Source: a virus (lineage: Duplodnaviria > Caudoviricetes). From it: a stretch of DNA of 62,486 bases. The stretch is from IMG/VR virus record IMGVR_UViG_3300045741_000082, positions 1-62,486 of that record. One strand, 5' to 3'. Position 1 is the stretch's first letter. Each line of letters starts with the position of its first letter. The position numbers and the translations under genes are program-made. The notes beneath the pieces were generated by a model. That model made no database searches and was not told the DNA's origin. It saw only the letters and a list, made by a program, of their open reading frames with translations. Shown one piece after another: positions 41,245 through 50,264 of the stretch.

Positions 41245-42576
41245 TTAGTTACCTAATCCTAAAACGTCACTCATGCGAGCTAGAGAAAGTCTATTGTAGA
41301 GATCAAATCCACAATACCACTTCATTCTATACTGATAAGCATTTTCGTTTTCACGAGGACCAACATACTCTAGTTTCAAACCAGCGTTGTTAGAGGAAGT
41401 AAATCCTACAACACCTTTCAATTCGCCCCAAGCACCACAATAGATGCTAGAACCATCGATACGCTCTGAAACCATAGCAGAAGCAACACCAGCAAAGTTG
41501 CCGCCATCAAGTGGCAAACGACTTTGTTGAGCATTGTTTTCTGGATCAAAGAAAGTACCAGAACTAGTTACAGTCAATGCGCCAGCAGTGTTGGCTGTGA
41601 TTGGATAACGGTACATAATACCATCAAGACCACGAATCAAAAGATTCTTGGCATTTCCTGTTCCAACAGTTGCTTCTGGGTCTGCAGACATTGTAATGGC
41701 TGAAGGACCTCCGATTGAAGAAACTGAAAGAGTAACTGAGTTAACTGGTTCTGCCTTAGAGATGAAGTCATTACGGAAAACCGCAATGTCTTGATACATA
41801 AGAGTTGGTTTAGCATTACCAAGACCCTGCATTTGGATCTGAGTAGCGTCCGTACCACCACCTGTGTTACGCAACAATGTGCGAAGTGTACGCAATTCAC
41901 GAGAGTTCATCATAATGAAGTCTGGTTTTGCGCCAGTAACACGGTCAATCATAGCATCTAGATCTTCAAGTGTATATACACGACCTGCAAGACCTTGGCG
42001 AGCAGAAGATGGATCATCTTCAACAAGAGCCTCAGTTTGAGTTGGTTGGCCACCATTGTAAAAAGGGTGGTTAACGTCATCAACGTTTCCTGATTCTGCA
42101 TCAAGGATATTCTTCATACCATTGAAACGATCAGCAATGCCGATAGGACCATTATTAGCTTGAGTGAGTGGGCCGCTCAAACGTTTAGCATTAACAACTG
42201 CATTCATATAAATACGAGCAATTTGTTTTGCTTTTGCAGAAATCTGAACTTGAAGTTGATCATTAGTTTCAGAAAACTGATCTTCGATTTGACCGTCAAT
42301 GATAATATCAGCGATAATAGCTGAAAGGTTTACGTTAACGGGTTCGAAGCTAGCTCCGCCTTGATATTTAGCTTGATTCAAATTTGAACCAGGTTGAGCA
42401 AAGTCTGCTTTAGCGAGGCGCTTCTCACGTGTAAATGTATAAGCCAAGCCTTCAAAAACTACGAATGGAAGGTATTTAAACCATTCATCAACAGTTACGA
42501 TGTCGGCTACGATGCCTTCTACCAACAAGTTGTTAGTTAGAACTGCGGCATCTGATAATGAAATTACTTGAGCCAT
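41245..42576 (-). CDS. Major capsid protein (HK97-type fold, with an insertion domain)
   Basis: LPFVVFEGLAYTFTRE, FNGM, LEDLDAMIDRV and YRMKWYCG motifs; follows the scaffold, strong SD, own terminator. Confidence 0.9.
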   Translation of the reverse strand: MAQVISLSDAAVLTNNLLVEGIVADIVTVDEWFKYLPFVVFEGLAYTFTREKRLAKADFAQPGSNLNQAKYQGGASFEPVNVNLSAIIADIIIDGQIEDQFSETNDQLQVQISAKAKQIARIYMNAVVNAKRLSGPLTQANNGPIGIADRFNGMKNILDAESGNVDDVNHPFYNGGQPTQTEALVEDDPSSARQGLAGRVYTLEDLDAMIDRVTGAKPDFIMMNSRELRTLRTLLRNTGGGTDATQIQMQGLGNAKPTLMYQDIAVFRNDFISKAEPVNSVTLSVSSIGGPSAITMSADPEATVGTGNAKNLLIRGLDGIMYRYPITANTAGALTVTSSGTFFDPENNAQQSRLPLDGGNFAGVASAMVSERIDGSSIYCGAWGELKGVVGFTSSNNAGLKLEYVGPRENENAYQYRMKWYCGFDLYNRLSLARMSDVLGLGN

Positions 42577-42593
42577 TTAAAAATTCTCCTTAA

Positions 42594-43538
42594 TTATTTT
42601 GTTCTGAATACATTGTTAGGAGTACCAGACTTAATCTGCTTGAGAGCTTCGCCTATTTTTTGTGAAGAGTTCATCTTCATTCGGCGATCCATCTCAGCTT
42701 CTTTGAGCCGCTCATTACTAGACCGAGCGCCGTCACTAGCACCTGGGACGCTATGATTAACAACCACAGTTTTGTCCTCAAACATGCCTCGTAACTTTGC
42801 TTCTTGTATAATTGTTAGAGCTTCTCGTGGGTCTTCTGCACCCTTTACTATGTATTTAGCCAAATCCTGATATGTTTCAGGAATTTTGCTTAGTTCTTCT
42901 TGGATTCGATTTTGATAAATCTGCTTTTGTGCTTCAACATCAGCTAAAAAACTACTCAATTTAGCATCTTTTTCGGCAAGTTGCTTTTGGTATTCTCTTT
43001 CTTTAGCTTCCGCAATAGCTTGAATTTCAGCTACCTTAGCTTCACGATGAGCTAGCCTTTCAGCTAAATCTCGTTTTTTATCTTCTTGTTCGGCTTTAAT
43101 CCGTTCAAGCTCTTTTTGGGCATTAGCCAATGGCTGCATGTCCTCTTGAAGTTTTTGTAACCTAACTTCGTTTTCACGAGCAAGTCTATCAATCTGTTCC
43201 TGATATTTTACTCTGTAAGCTTTATTTTCTTCTCTGAGTTTCTTGATTTCCTTCATTTTGGAATCATCAGTCCACTCTGAATTTTGACCTCCAGTAGGCT
43301 CTTCCATACTAGAAGCTGACTTTGGGGTTTGACCCGATTCAGCACTAGAAGTCGCAGTAGTTTCGGCAGAATTTTCCTGAGACTTTTTACCGCCAAGCTT
43401 GGCAAGTAAGTCGTCGCCTCTACCATGTTCGCCAGTAGAGGTTCCAGCACTTGCTGTAGCTTTTTGTGGTTCTGATGCATTACCAGCCCCTTCTACTGAA
43501 TTTGATTTCTTCCCCATTGTGTTCAATAAATCTGACAT
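42594..43538 (-). CDS. Capsid scaffolding protein
   Basis: Disordered N-terminus, IKKLREENKAYR coiled coil; immediately upstream of the capsid gene. Confidence 0.8.
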   Translation of the reverse strand: MSDLLNTMGKKSNSVEGAGNASEPQKATASAGTSTGEHGRGDDLLAKLGGKKSQENSAETTATSSAESGQTPKSASSMEEPTGGQNSEWTDDSKMKEIKKLREENKAYRVKYQEQIDRLARENEVRLQKLQEDMQPLANAQKELERIKAEQEDKKRDLAERLAHREAKVAEIQAIAEAKEREYQKQLAEKDAKLSSFLADVEAQKQIYQNRIQEELSKIPETYQDLAKYIVKGAEDPREALTIIQEAKLRGMFEDKTVVVNHSVPGASDGARSSNERLKEAEMDRRMKMNSSQKIGEALKQIKSGTPNNVFRTK

Positions 43539-43575
43539 TTTCTTCTCCTTGCTAGCTCTACTAGCTTAGAATTAT

Positions 43576-43932
43576 TTATCTATAGCCTCCGTCCAGAATA
43601 TCTGGAACGGTGCCAACGCCTTTAAGCGTGTTTGCTAATCCATCTCTCATCATTTTTTGTTGATAAGGATTATCATACTTTGACTCTTCTACCTGGATCA
43701 GTGGTCTAAGAGTTATTTCTTTTATAAGTCCTGGATCAAAAGCAGTAACTACTGGAGTGCTCATAGAAAACGGTACTTTTTCAGAAATACTTAATTTCCA
43801 TTCTCCAACTAGCTTTTTCCAACTTTCATAACATTTGTCGTAACTGTTTTCACTAATACAACGAATGTGTTGATCATCGTGCCTTAGAATCCAAACCTCA
43901 TAAATTTGTTTTTTCTCCTCGGTTTTCGACAT
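43576..43932 (-). CDS. Hypothetical protein
   Basis: 118 aa, coupled to the portal stop codon. Confidence 0.7.
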   Translation of the reverse strand: MSKTEEKKQIYEVWILRHDDQHIRCISENSYDKCYESWKKLVGEWKLSISEKVPFSMSTPVVTAFDPGLIKEITLRPLIQVEESKYDNPYQQKMMRDGLANTLKGVGTVPDILDGGYR

Positions 43933-45680
43933 TACTTCTCCTCTTCTTTCTTAGGATTCTTTGCCCTCTTATCCATATTTTTACCAGGCTGTTTAGAGCT
44001 TTCCTCTGAATGCTTGGCTTTATTATCGATTTTAGGTTTAGGAACATCTGCTCCTGAATTTTGAGGCGGTGGCGCTCCATTAGGACCTAATCCATGTTCC
44101 TGCAATGTAGCTCCAGTTTGTGCCTGCAATTCTGTATCAAATTCTGTTTTATCCTGTCTATCTTTTCTACGTTTTTTGATTAGCTTCTGAATTTCACTTT
44201 CGCTCATGTGTGGATACAATTTACCAATAATATGTGTATCTTCTGTATCCAAGAGCTTGGCTTCCATCATTAGATCTTCTTTTTTCGTTTTAGGATCTAC
44301 AGTAAAATCTGGAATTTTATAAGTAATATCTAATTCTGCATTTTCTGAAAATTGTCTATCTGCACCCTTATTGTGGTGGGTATTCCAAAGCTTTTTAATT
44401 ATTTGAAATAATTGTTGCTCTCTCTCTTTAAACAGTCTAGATCGTCTTACGTTATCTTCTATAACTCCGATCTTTTCCATCATTGCTGCAAAACCTGATG
44501 CTGCAGTCTGTTGCTCATATTTTGGCCTTAGTCCGTGATTTATTCTAACCATATCGGTAATAGAATGAATTGTCTTAACTAAACCTACAATATCCGCAGA
44601 AGGATGAGCAAATTTAAAATCTCCTTTTTCTCCAACAGCAACAGCAGTATCTGGACCAAGACTCATACCTAACATAGCTGCGTCAGCATTCCCATCTCTA
44701 AAGATACCAAATCCTGAATCAAACGTTCTGTATTGTCCTGAAGCTCCTATACCACTTACTCCACCTAATCCACCAAATCTAGACTGTGCTGCACCGCCTT
44801 TTAATTGATTATAGTCATCTACTGGTCTTCCTTGTCTCAGTGAGGTAGATCTCTCTACTCCCTTAACAACAGGTACTCCGAATGACTGAAATTTAGCAAT
44901 GTGATTCAAGTCAGTAATTCTCATATTAATTGCGTGATTAGCATATATGAGAGGTTCATTAATAGGTAAAAAGTAGTAATGTGCTGGATCGGAATTAAAG
45001 AATGGTACTGCTGGTATCATTCCATAAGGATTTTTTACTTTGAATCCATTTTGTTTCTCATCGACTATTACGTGAGAATCTGGACTCCAATAAATCCTGT
45101 TAACTCTTCCTAACTCAGTTACGGTCCCTACTTCATTATAAGTAAGGCCTTTACTGGCTCTGGCATCATTTAACCCGTAGTTAGAAGGGCTTGGTATTGA
45201 GGCGGCTACTCCACCTCCAGATATACTTCCACTTTCATGTGCCCATCCACCAAACTTTGTACCAAATCCTATTAATAGTTCGGTAATGTAGTAAGGAGAA
45301 GCTCCATGACGAATGTCATATACTCCACCATGCATAATGTCTAATTGTACTCTTCCGCCTTGATTATCTTTAACTAGCTGTCCAGTGTCTGGATCTACAA
45401 AACTGACTTTAACTAGAACTGTTCCTAATAGTCTCGTCCAACGATCCAGTTTATCCATAAGCATCAGATATCGACTACTTTGTTGAATTTCTTCCCAAAG
45501 TTCTTGGTCTTCTTTTAAAAGTTTTCCTTTTTCGTCTACAACTTGATATATTGGAGATTCTTGATATAAGATAGAAACTTCATCAATGATTTCTTTTGTA
45601 AAATTCATTGGTAAAATTTGTTGTTTTTCTGGATTTCGAAATTGCCTTACTAGGTCTAACCAAACAAATTCATCTTGTCG
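43932..45680 (-). CDS. Portal protein, exon 2 (spliced product 627 aa)
   Basis: In frame from CGA at 45680 (RQDEFVW...PMNFTKEIID); SPP1-like portal motifs NPYGMIPAVPF, SFGVPVVKG and ASGFA. Confidence 0.88.
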   Translation of the reverse strand, partial: RQDEFVWLDLVRQFRNPEKQQILPMNFTKEIIDEVSILYQESPIYQVVDEKGKLLKEDQELWEEIQQSSRYLMLMDKLDRWTRLLGTVLVKVSFVDPDTGQLVKDNQGGRVQLDIMHGGVYDIRHGASPYYITELLIGFGTKFGGWAHESGSISGGGVAASIPSPSNYGLNDARASKGLTYNEVGTVTELGRVNRIYWSPDSHVIVDEKQNGFKVKNPYGMIPAVPFFNSDPAHYYFLPINEPLIYANHAINMRITDLNHIAKFQSFGVPVVKGVERSTSLRQGRPVDDYNQLKGGAAQSRFGGLGGVSGIGASGQYRTFDSGFGIFRDGNADAAMLGMSLGPDTAVAVGEKGDFKFAHPSADIVGLVKTIHSITDMVRINHGLRPKYEQQTAASGFAAMMEKIGVIEDNVRRSRLFKEREQQLFQIIKKLWNTHHNKGADRQFSENAELDITYKIPDFTVDPKTKKEDLMMEAKLLDTEDTHIIGKLYPHMSESEIQKLIKKRRKDRQDKTEFDTELQAQTGATLQEHGLGPNGAPPPQNSGADVPKPKIDNKAKHSEESSKQPGKNMDKRAKNPKKEEEK

Positions 45681-46562
45681 CTTTTGTTGTGGACTATATC
45701 TTCAACTAAGTAACTAGTTGCTTCGCTTTCTCGATGAGGGCATCCATTCTATATTTTTCATATAGATTAGGATATCTAGTATCATATTTTAGGTCTATTT
45801 TATAGAGCATACAAGGTATTATGTAATCTTTTATAATTTCTCTAAATTTTGCAAAATTAGTGGAGTTAAATTCTATGTAGAACTTTTTTCCACCCTTTTT
45901 AAAGCAATTATAAATTTTTATATCTATATCCCATACTTCTTTAAAATATTGTTTAATTATAAGATGTTCTTCATAAGAAAAACTTAATGACCAGATTCTT
46001 GCTCTTCTACTTAAGTACTTAGATCTGTCTTTTGGAGATGTCTGTAAACATAGTTGACCATCGTCCATGTACCAAACAGCTAAACCTAATGGATTTAACT
46101 TGTTTAATAATTCTCTAGTTACTTTTTTAGTGCCATTTGGGTAAAATTTTTCTCTTAACTTGTCAAAGTAAACTAGACAATTTGTGTTTAATTGCCAATC
46201 TTCTCTAGGAGTTTGTCTTATATTTACAGTTACTGGGTGTATTTGGAGTAGTATTTTTTTCTTAAACTCTAACAATTCTTTCTGCTCGTTACAATGACTG
46301 CACTTAAAGTAAGCAGTATGAGTAACTTTTTTTTTAATTATTGACGAGTCTCCTAAAACAGTACCTACCACAAATGCATCTAACTCTGAACTTCTTAAAC
46401 TATTTATGTTCACTAAAGGTTTCCCTTTCTATTAATATGATATTAAACTCATTAGTCTCTGAACCTTATATAACATTTCTATTATATCTTGGCTGCTGAT
46501 TGTTGTCAATGGACAATTTCCAGCAATTAACGAAGTTTAAAGAGGGCCGATTTAATTGGTTA
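45681..46562 (-). ncRNA. Group I self-splicing intron (IA-like, 882 nt) in the portal gene
   Basis: P AAUUGCUGGAAA (46528-46517), Q AAUCAGCAGCC (46501-46491), R GUUCAGAGACUA (46464-46453), S AAGAUAUAGUCC (45702-45691). The internal guide UCGGCCCUC pairs with ligated exons GAGGGU|CGA; the 5' exon ends in U and the intron ends in G. Confidence 0.95.
45706..46413 (-). CDS. Intron-encoded LAGLIDADG homing endonuclease
   Basis: VVGTVLGDSSI and LAVWYMDDG motifs; FYPNGTKKV and MLYKI. Confidence 0.93.
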   Translation of the reverse strand: MNINSLRSSELDAFVVGTVLGDSSIIKKKVTHTAYFKCSHCNEQKELLEFKKKILLQIHPVTVNIRQTPREDWQLNTNCLVYFDKLREKFYPNGTKKVTRELLNKLNPLGLAVWYMDDGQLCLQTSPKDRSKYLSRRARIWSLSFSYEEHLIIKQYFKEVWDIDIKIYNCFKKGGKKFYIEFNSTNFAKFREIIKDYIIPCMLYKIDLKYDTRYPNLYEKYRMDALIEKAKQLVT

Positions 46563-46697
46563 ACCCTCATAAAATGCTAAAGCAATCTCTGTAATCCACT
46601 GCCTGTAATATACATCTTCGTAAAGATATACTCCTACAGAACTCAATCCTCCTAATCTGCTGATTGGGTGATTGGCGATTCCAAGATTAAAACTCAC
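46563..46697 (-). CDS. Portal protein, exon 1 (45 aa)
   Basis: GTG start with AAGGAGG SD; MSFNLG...IALAFYEG joins RQ of exon 2 to give a portal-type FYEGRQ. Confidence 0.88.
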
Positions 46698-46759
46698 TTA
46701 TTCCTCCTTATCCTCTAGATAATGGATCAACTAGCTCTTCTAGTTAATTAGATAAAAAA

Positions 46760-46912
46760 TGTGGGGTCAGTTTTCGTTCCACATACATCTTGCGATTGCG
46801 GGAACCCAACGTACGCCTAATACCGTACTGACCGTGTGGGGAGTAGTTATCAACAGAACTACAATTCCGTTTACTTAATAACTTAGGTCCATCACTGTTT
46901 GTAGCCACCACA
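46760..46912 (-). ncRNA. Candidate structured non-coding RNA upstream of the portal
   Basis: GC-rich intergenic island with several complementary segments, closed by UGUGG/CCACA and followed by U6. Confidence 0.5.
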
Positions 46913-46917
46913 AAAAA

Positions 46918-47190
46918 TTAAACTTCTGTTTCTCCAACTCCGCCGCTTTTTGGAAGAGTGTGCTCAGTTCCCTCATTTACACCTTTTACTCCAGGAGGAG
47001 CGTCTTGTGTAGGGAGAGCTTTTTTCTTAGTAGTGGGGGCTTTTGATTGCATTCCCTCTTCTTTAGAATAAGCTGGTTCTTTGTGTTGCATTGAAGGTTC
47101 TGTTTTTGGCGCATCAGATTGAGCGTCCTCATCTTGTTTATATGATCCAGGACGTGGTGCTTTCATACCTTTACTTTTATATGCCATCAT
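46918..47190 (-). CDS. Small disordered protein
   Basis: 90 aa, K/P/E/G-rich, AGGAG SD. Confidence 0.7.
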   Translation of the reverse strand: MMAYKSKGMKAPRPGSYKQDEDAQSDAPKTEPSMQHKEPAYSKEEGMQSKAPTTKKKALPTQDAPPGVKGVNEGTEHTLPKSGGVGETEV

Positions 47191-47202
47191 TTTAAATACT
47201 CC

Positions 47203-47484
47203 TTATTTTTTCTTTTTGCCTTTATATAACATTTCTCTATCTAATGCTGCTGTTGGTTTTAGTCCTTCTGAAGCAACATCTAAGAAGCTTGAGCTAGGAT
47301 TTTGTTCTTTTGCAGCCTTAAACCAATTTGCAGTAGCTTCTTTTACGGTCATAGCTGGTTTTCCATCTAACATATTAGATTTACCAGCTCCTTCTGGAGG
47401 AGCTACCTCTTTCATTTTATGTTGTTGACCAACAAGATTAGTAATCTCTTTTACAGTCAACTCTTTTTGCTTTTGTTTTTTCAT
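47203..47484 (-). CDS. Small basic protein
   Basis: Likely start MKKQKQ at 47484, coupled to the upstream stop. Confidence 0.65.
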   Translation of the reverse strand: MKKQKQKELTVKEITNLVGQQHKMKEVAPPEGAGKSNMLDGKPAMTVKEATANWFKAAKEQNPSSSFLDVASEGLKPTAALDREMLYKGKKKK

Positions 47485-47711
47485 TATAAAAGTCCTCTTT
47501 TTGTTAGCCAATCTACGGCAAACTCATTAACTTTTTCAAATCTCTCTAAATTAGACAAATCCTTATAATCTGAGTTGTACATGGCCCCAGAAAATTCTGA
47601 GTAGATGGCAGCATATAAAGCGGAAATAACATCAGTTGCCTGTGCTTCTGGCTTTAGTTTACTTTTATCTATACAGAACATCTTATTTTTTCTATATATC
47701 AATTTTTCCAT
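47484..47711 (-). CDS. Hypothetical protein
   Basis: 75 aa, coupled on both sides. Confidence 0.65.
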   Translation of the reverse strand: MEKLIYRKNKMFCIDKSKLKPEAQATDVISALYAAIYSEFSGAMYNSDYKDLSNLERFEKVNEFAVDWLTKRGLL

Positions 47712-48022
47712 TATAGTGCTACCAAATGTAGTCTTCCTGCTCCACCAGTTCTAGTAACTCTTACAACTCTAACCAAGTGAGTATTATAAGTTAGTGGCAC
47801 AGTAGCCGTGAAAGCAGTTGACCCATAAAAATCAGTACCATTTGTTGAAAATTCTACTGTACCAGCCAAAGTACCGTCTGATTGAATCGTTACCTTTTCT
47901 GATACGTTACTTAGTTCTATCACTTCACTTGTGTTTGACGCATTTAGCAAATCAGTCAGTTCTAAATCCCCTACTAATGTAGGTTGTCTTACTTTCCTTG
48001 CTTGAGCTTTAGAAATAGCCAT
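47711..48022 (-). CDS. Small beta-sandwich protein, probably virion-associated
   Basis: 103 aa; GTVEFSTNGTDF...VVRVTRT. Confidence 0.6.
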   Translation of the reverse strand: MAISKAQARKVRQPTLVGDLELTDLLNASNTSEVIELSNVSEKVTIQSDGTLAGTVEFSTNGTDFYGSTAFTATVPLTYNTHLVRVVRVTRTGGAGRLHLVAL

Positions 48023-49644
48023 TAAATAACTCCTTTTACGACACTAAAATGCTGACCAGTATCGTGAAATAAATAAACCATCAAGTATCTTAAGGCATCT
48101 AATAACCCTTCATACCCTTCTGGTGTTTCATCGTAATCTTCTTTAAGGCTTCCGTTCTTACCCCTTTTAAATACTGCAGTACTTAAAGCATAAATAGTAT
48201 TAACACAATTTCTTGTAATAAATAATTTAGGTCTTTTTATGTGCTGCTTATTTTCATCAGTAAGTGGTTTTCCTTTTTGATCAAATTGTGGAAATTCTAA
48301 CCACAACCTTATCATATTTGCTCCAGTTTCCCTGTCTTGCTTAAGTCCTACTGGCCTTCTATCTTTTCCTAAAACAGCTTCAAAATCATCCCAAGCTGTT
48401 CTACCATTTAATTGAACCTGATCTCCAGAAATATCTGCTATGATGTCATTGCACCTTATATGGTGTTGTTTAGATATCTCTTTTAATTCAGACTTCCAAA
48501 TACTTATTGCTTGCTTAGTTAAGTCTTTTTCTTTGTCTATTATCTGCTGTGCTTGCATGTAGCTTGAAGTGTGTGGCGTAAATCTTTCATCGAAAATCAC
48601 CACATCTCCATACTTATTAACTTGTGCAAATATTGTACTAGCTGGTTTAGCAAAGTTGTGATCACAAGCAGCATATACTGGTCCTTCATCAGGATGCCAT
48701 ATATAATCTATAACATTCGGAAATCTATTAAAATCTGTTTCTTCTACTAAAAATCCAGGAAAACAACTATCAGAAACCGCCTCAAAATCTGCAAGATATT
48801 CTTGCTTAAATTTAACCAGCTTTCCAGACAATGCCGCTCTTCTGTACGCCGAATCTATTTCTTCCTTTGATTTTTCTGCACTTGACGATAGTAATGGATT
48901 ATCATAACTTGTTCTTTGAAAGGAACTCCATTCTGTCATATCGTTACTTACTTGAGCTTCTTCATCGAAGGTAATAGATACTTTCCCTTCTCGCTGTTTT
49001 TTTCCAGTTTGCCCATACAAAAATAACTTGTAGAAACTATTTTTTCCTCGTGGAGTACTGATAAATATAGCACTACCACTTTTATCCATCAAAGTTGGAG
49101 TTAGCATTTGAGTCCAGATATCTTCAAGAGAGGGGTTTAATGCCGCCTCATCCACAATGACTAGATCGTTTGCTTCCCCTGCCAAGCTATCTACGTTCTC
49201 CATAGATTTAGCTTCCAGAACAGAACCCCAAGGAGTCTCTAAATAATAGTCTCCTTTTTGGTTACGTGCTCTTCCCCCTCCAGGTTTTCCTGGACGAATA
49301 ATCTTTAATTGAATAACTAAGATATGATATAGTTCTCTAAACACCTTTTCGCACAAACTATAGTCAGGGGCTACTATCCACACCCTTCTATTCATTTGCA
49401 TTAGTACAGCTAAAGCTATCAAGGAGGTTAGTAGAGTTTTTCCCCATCGTCTTCCACAAGCTAGAGTTTTAAATCTAGCTATGTCTTTGATGACTTCTAA
49501 GTGTCCTTCATGTAAAGGCTGTATAAGCTTTCCTTGACTAGTTCTTACCTTGTTGTCACACAAATATTTAGCCAAACCTTCTATATCCAATTCATGGATT
49601 CTTAGAGGTTTACCTTCTACGTTAAACTGTTCTATTTGTGACAT
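48022..49644 (-). CDS. terL: Terminase large subunit
   Basis: Walker A CGRRWGKT, Walker B VIVDEAA, STPRG, FKQEYLADF and nuclease DALRY. Confidence 0.95.
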   Translation of the reverse strand: MSQIEQFNVEGKPLRIHELDIEGLAKYLCDNKVRTSQGKLIQPLHEGHLEVIKDIARFKTLACGRRWGKTLLTSLIALAVLMQMNRRVWIVAPDYSLCEKVFRELYHILVIQLKIIRPGKPGGGRARNQKGDYYLETPWGSVLEAKSMENVDSLAGEANDLVIVDEAALNPSLEDIWTQMLTPTLMDKSGSAIFISTPRGKNSFYKLFLYGQTGKKQREGKVSITFDEEAQVSNDMTEWSSFQRTSYDNPLLSSSAEKSKEEIDSAYRRAALSGKLVKFKQEYLADFEAVSDSCFPGFLVEETDFNRFPNVIDYIWHPDEGPVYAACDHNFAKPASTIFAQVNKYGDVVIFDERFTPHTSSYMQAQQIIDKEKDLTKQAISIWKSELKEISKQHHIRCNDIIADISGDQVQLNGRTAWDDFEAVLGKDRRPVGLKQDRETGANMIRLWLEFPQFDQKGKPLTDENKQHIKRPKLFITRNCVNTIYALSTAVFKRGKNGSLKEDYDETPEGYEGLLDALRYLMVYLFHDTGQHFSVVKGVI

Positions 49645-49670
49645 ACTCTTGCTCTTCTCAAATGTGTCGA

Positions 49671-50264
49671 TTAAGATTCATTCTTCTTTTTGCCGTGAAG
49701 GATATTGTTAATCTCTCGATACACTTCAACAGACTTATTATCAACTTCCATTTTTTCTGAGTAATCTCCACTAAGAGTTAACCAGATTTTGGCAGCAGCA
49801 TCAGATTTATCTATGGCCCTTTCTCTCAAAGACTCGATAACCTTAGCTCGTTTCTGTGCAGTAAACAATCCGTCTGCTCTTACATATCCCCAAACAGCCT
49901 CATCCCAACCCTCTTTTTTAACCCATTCTCTAACAGACCTCATTGTAGGTATACTTTTTAAAAGTATATCTTTTGATACTTCATCATCTGTGTAGCGAGT
50001 TTCAATTAGTTGTTTCAACTCTTCTACCATCTCAGTTAATGGAGGTAAGCTCTTTGGGTTAACTATAGTGTGAGCAGCCATAATTTCTTGTAGCAACTCC
50101 TGAGTCAACGTCCAGTTAGAATTTTTATTCGAAAGTTTTTTAACATTGTGATAGGCTTCTACTTGGGCTGCAGATTTCTCTATAGCCTCATTTTTATATA
50201 GCCTTAAATGTTCTCCAGAACTATCTTTCTTTGTGCTTTGATCTTTTTTGTCGTCTTCGCTCAT
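49671..50264 (-). CDS. terS: Probable terminase small subunit
   Basis: Directly upstream of terL; HTH-like SVREWVK, then helical VIESLRERA...AAKIWLTLSG. Confidence 0.65.
   Translation of the reverse strand: MSEDDKKDQSTKKDSSGEHLRLYKNEAIEKSAAQVEAYHNVKKLSNKNSNWTLTQELLQEIMAAHTIVNPKSLPPLTEMVEELKQLIETRYTDDEVSKDILLKSIPTMRSVREWVKKEGWDEAVWGYVRADGLFTAQKRAKVIESLRERAIDKSDAAAKIWLTLSGDYSEKMEVDNKSVEVYREINNILHGKKKNES

Noticed and set aside
45706-46413. Intein in the portal protein
   Set aside because: Stop codons flank the endonuclease ORF, there are no intein splice residues, and group I RNA elements are present.
46760-46835. Hammerhead ribozyme (stem-GAAA-stem junction)
   Set aside because: The required CUGANGA core is absent; the region is kept only as an unassigned structured RNA.
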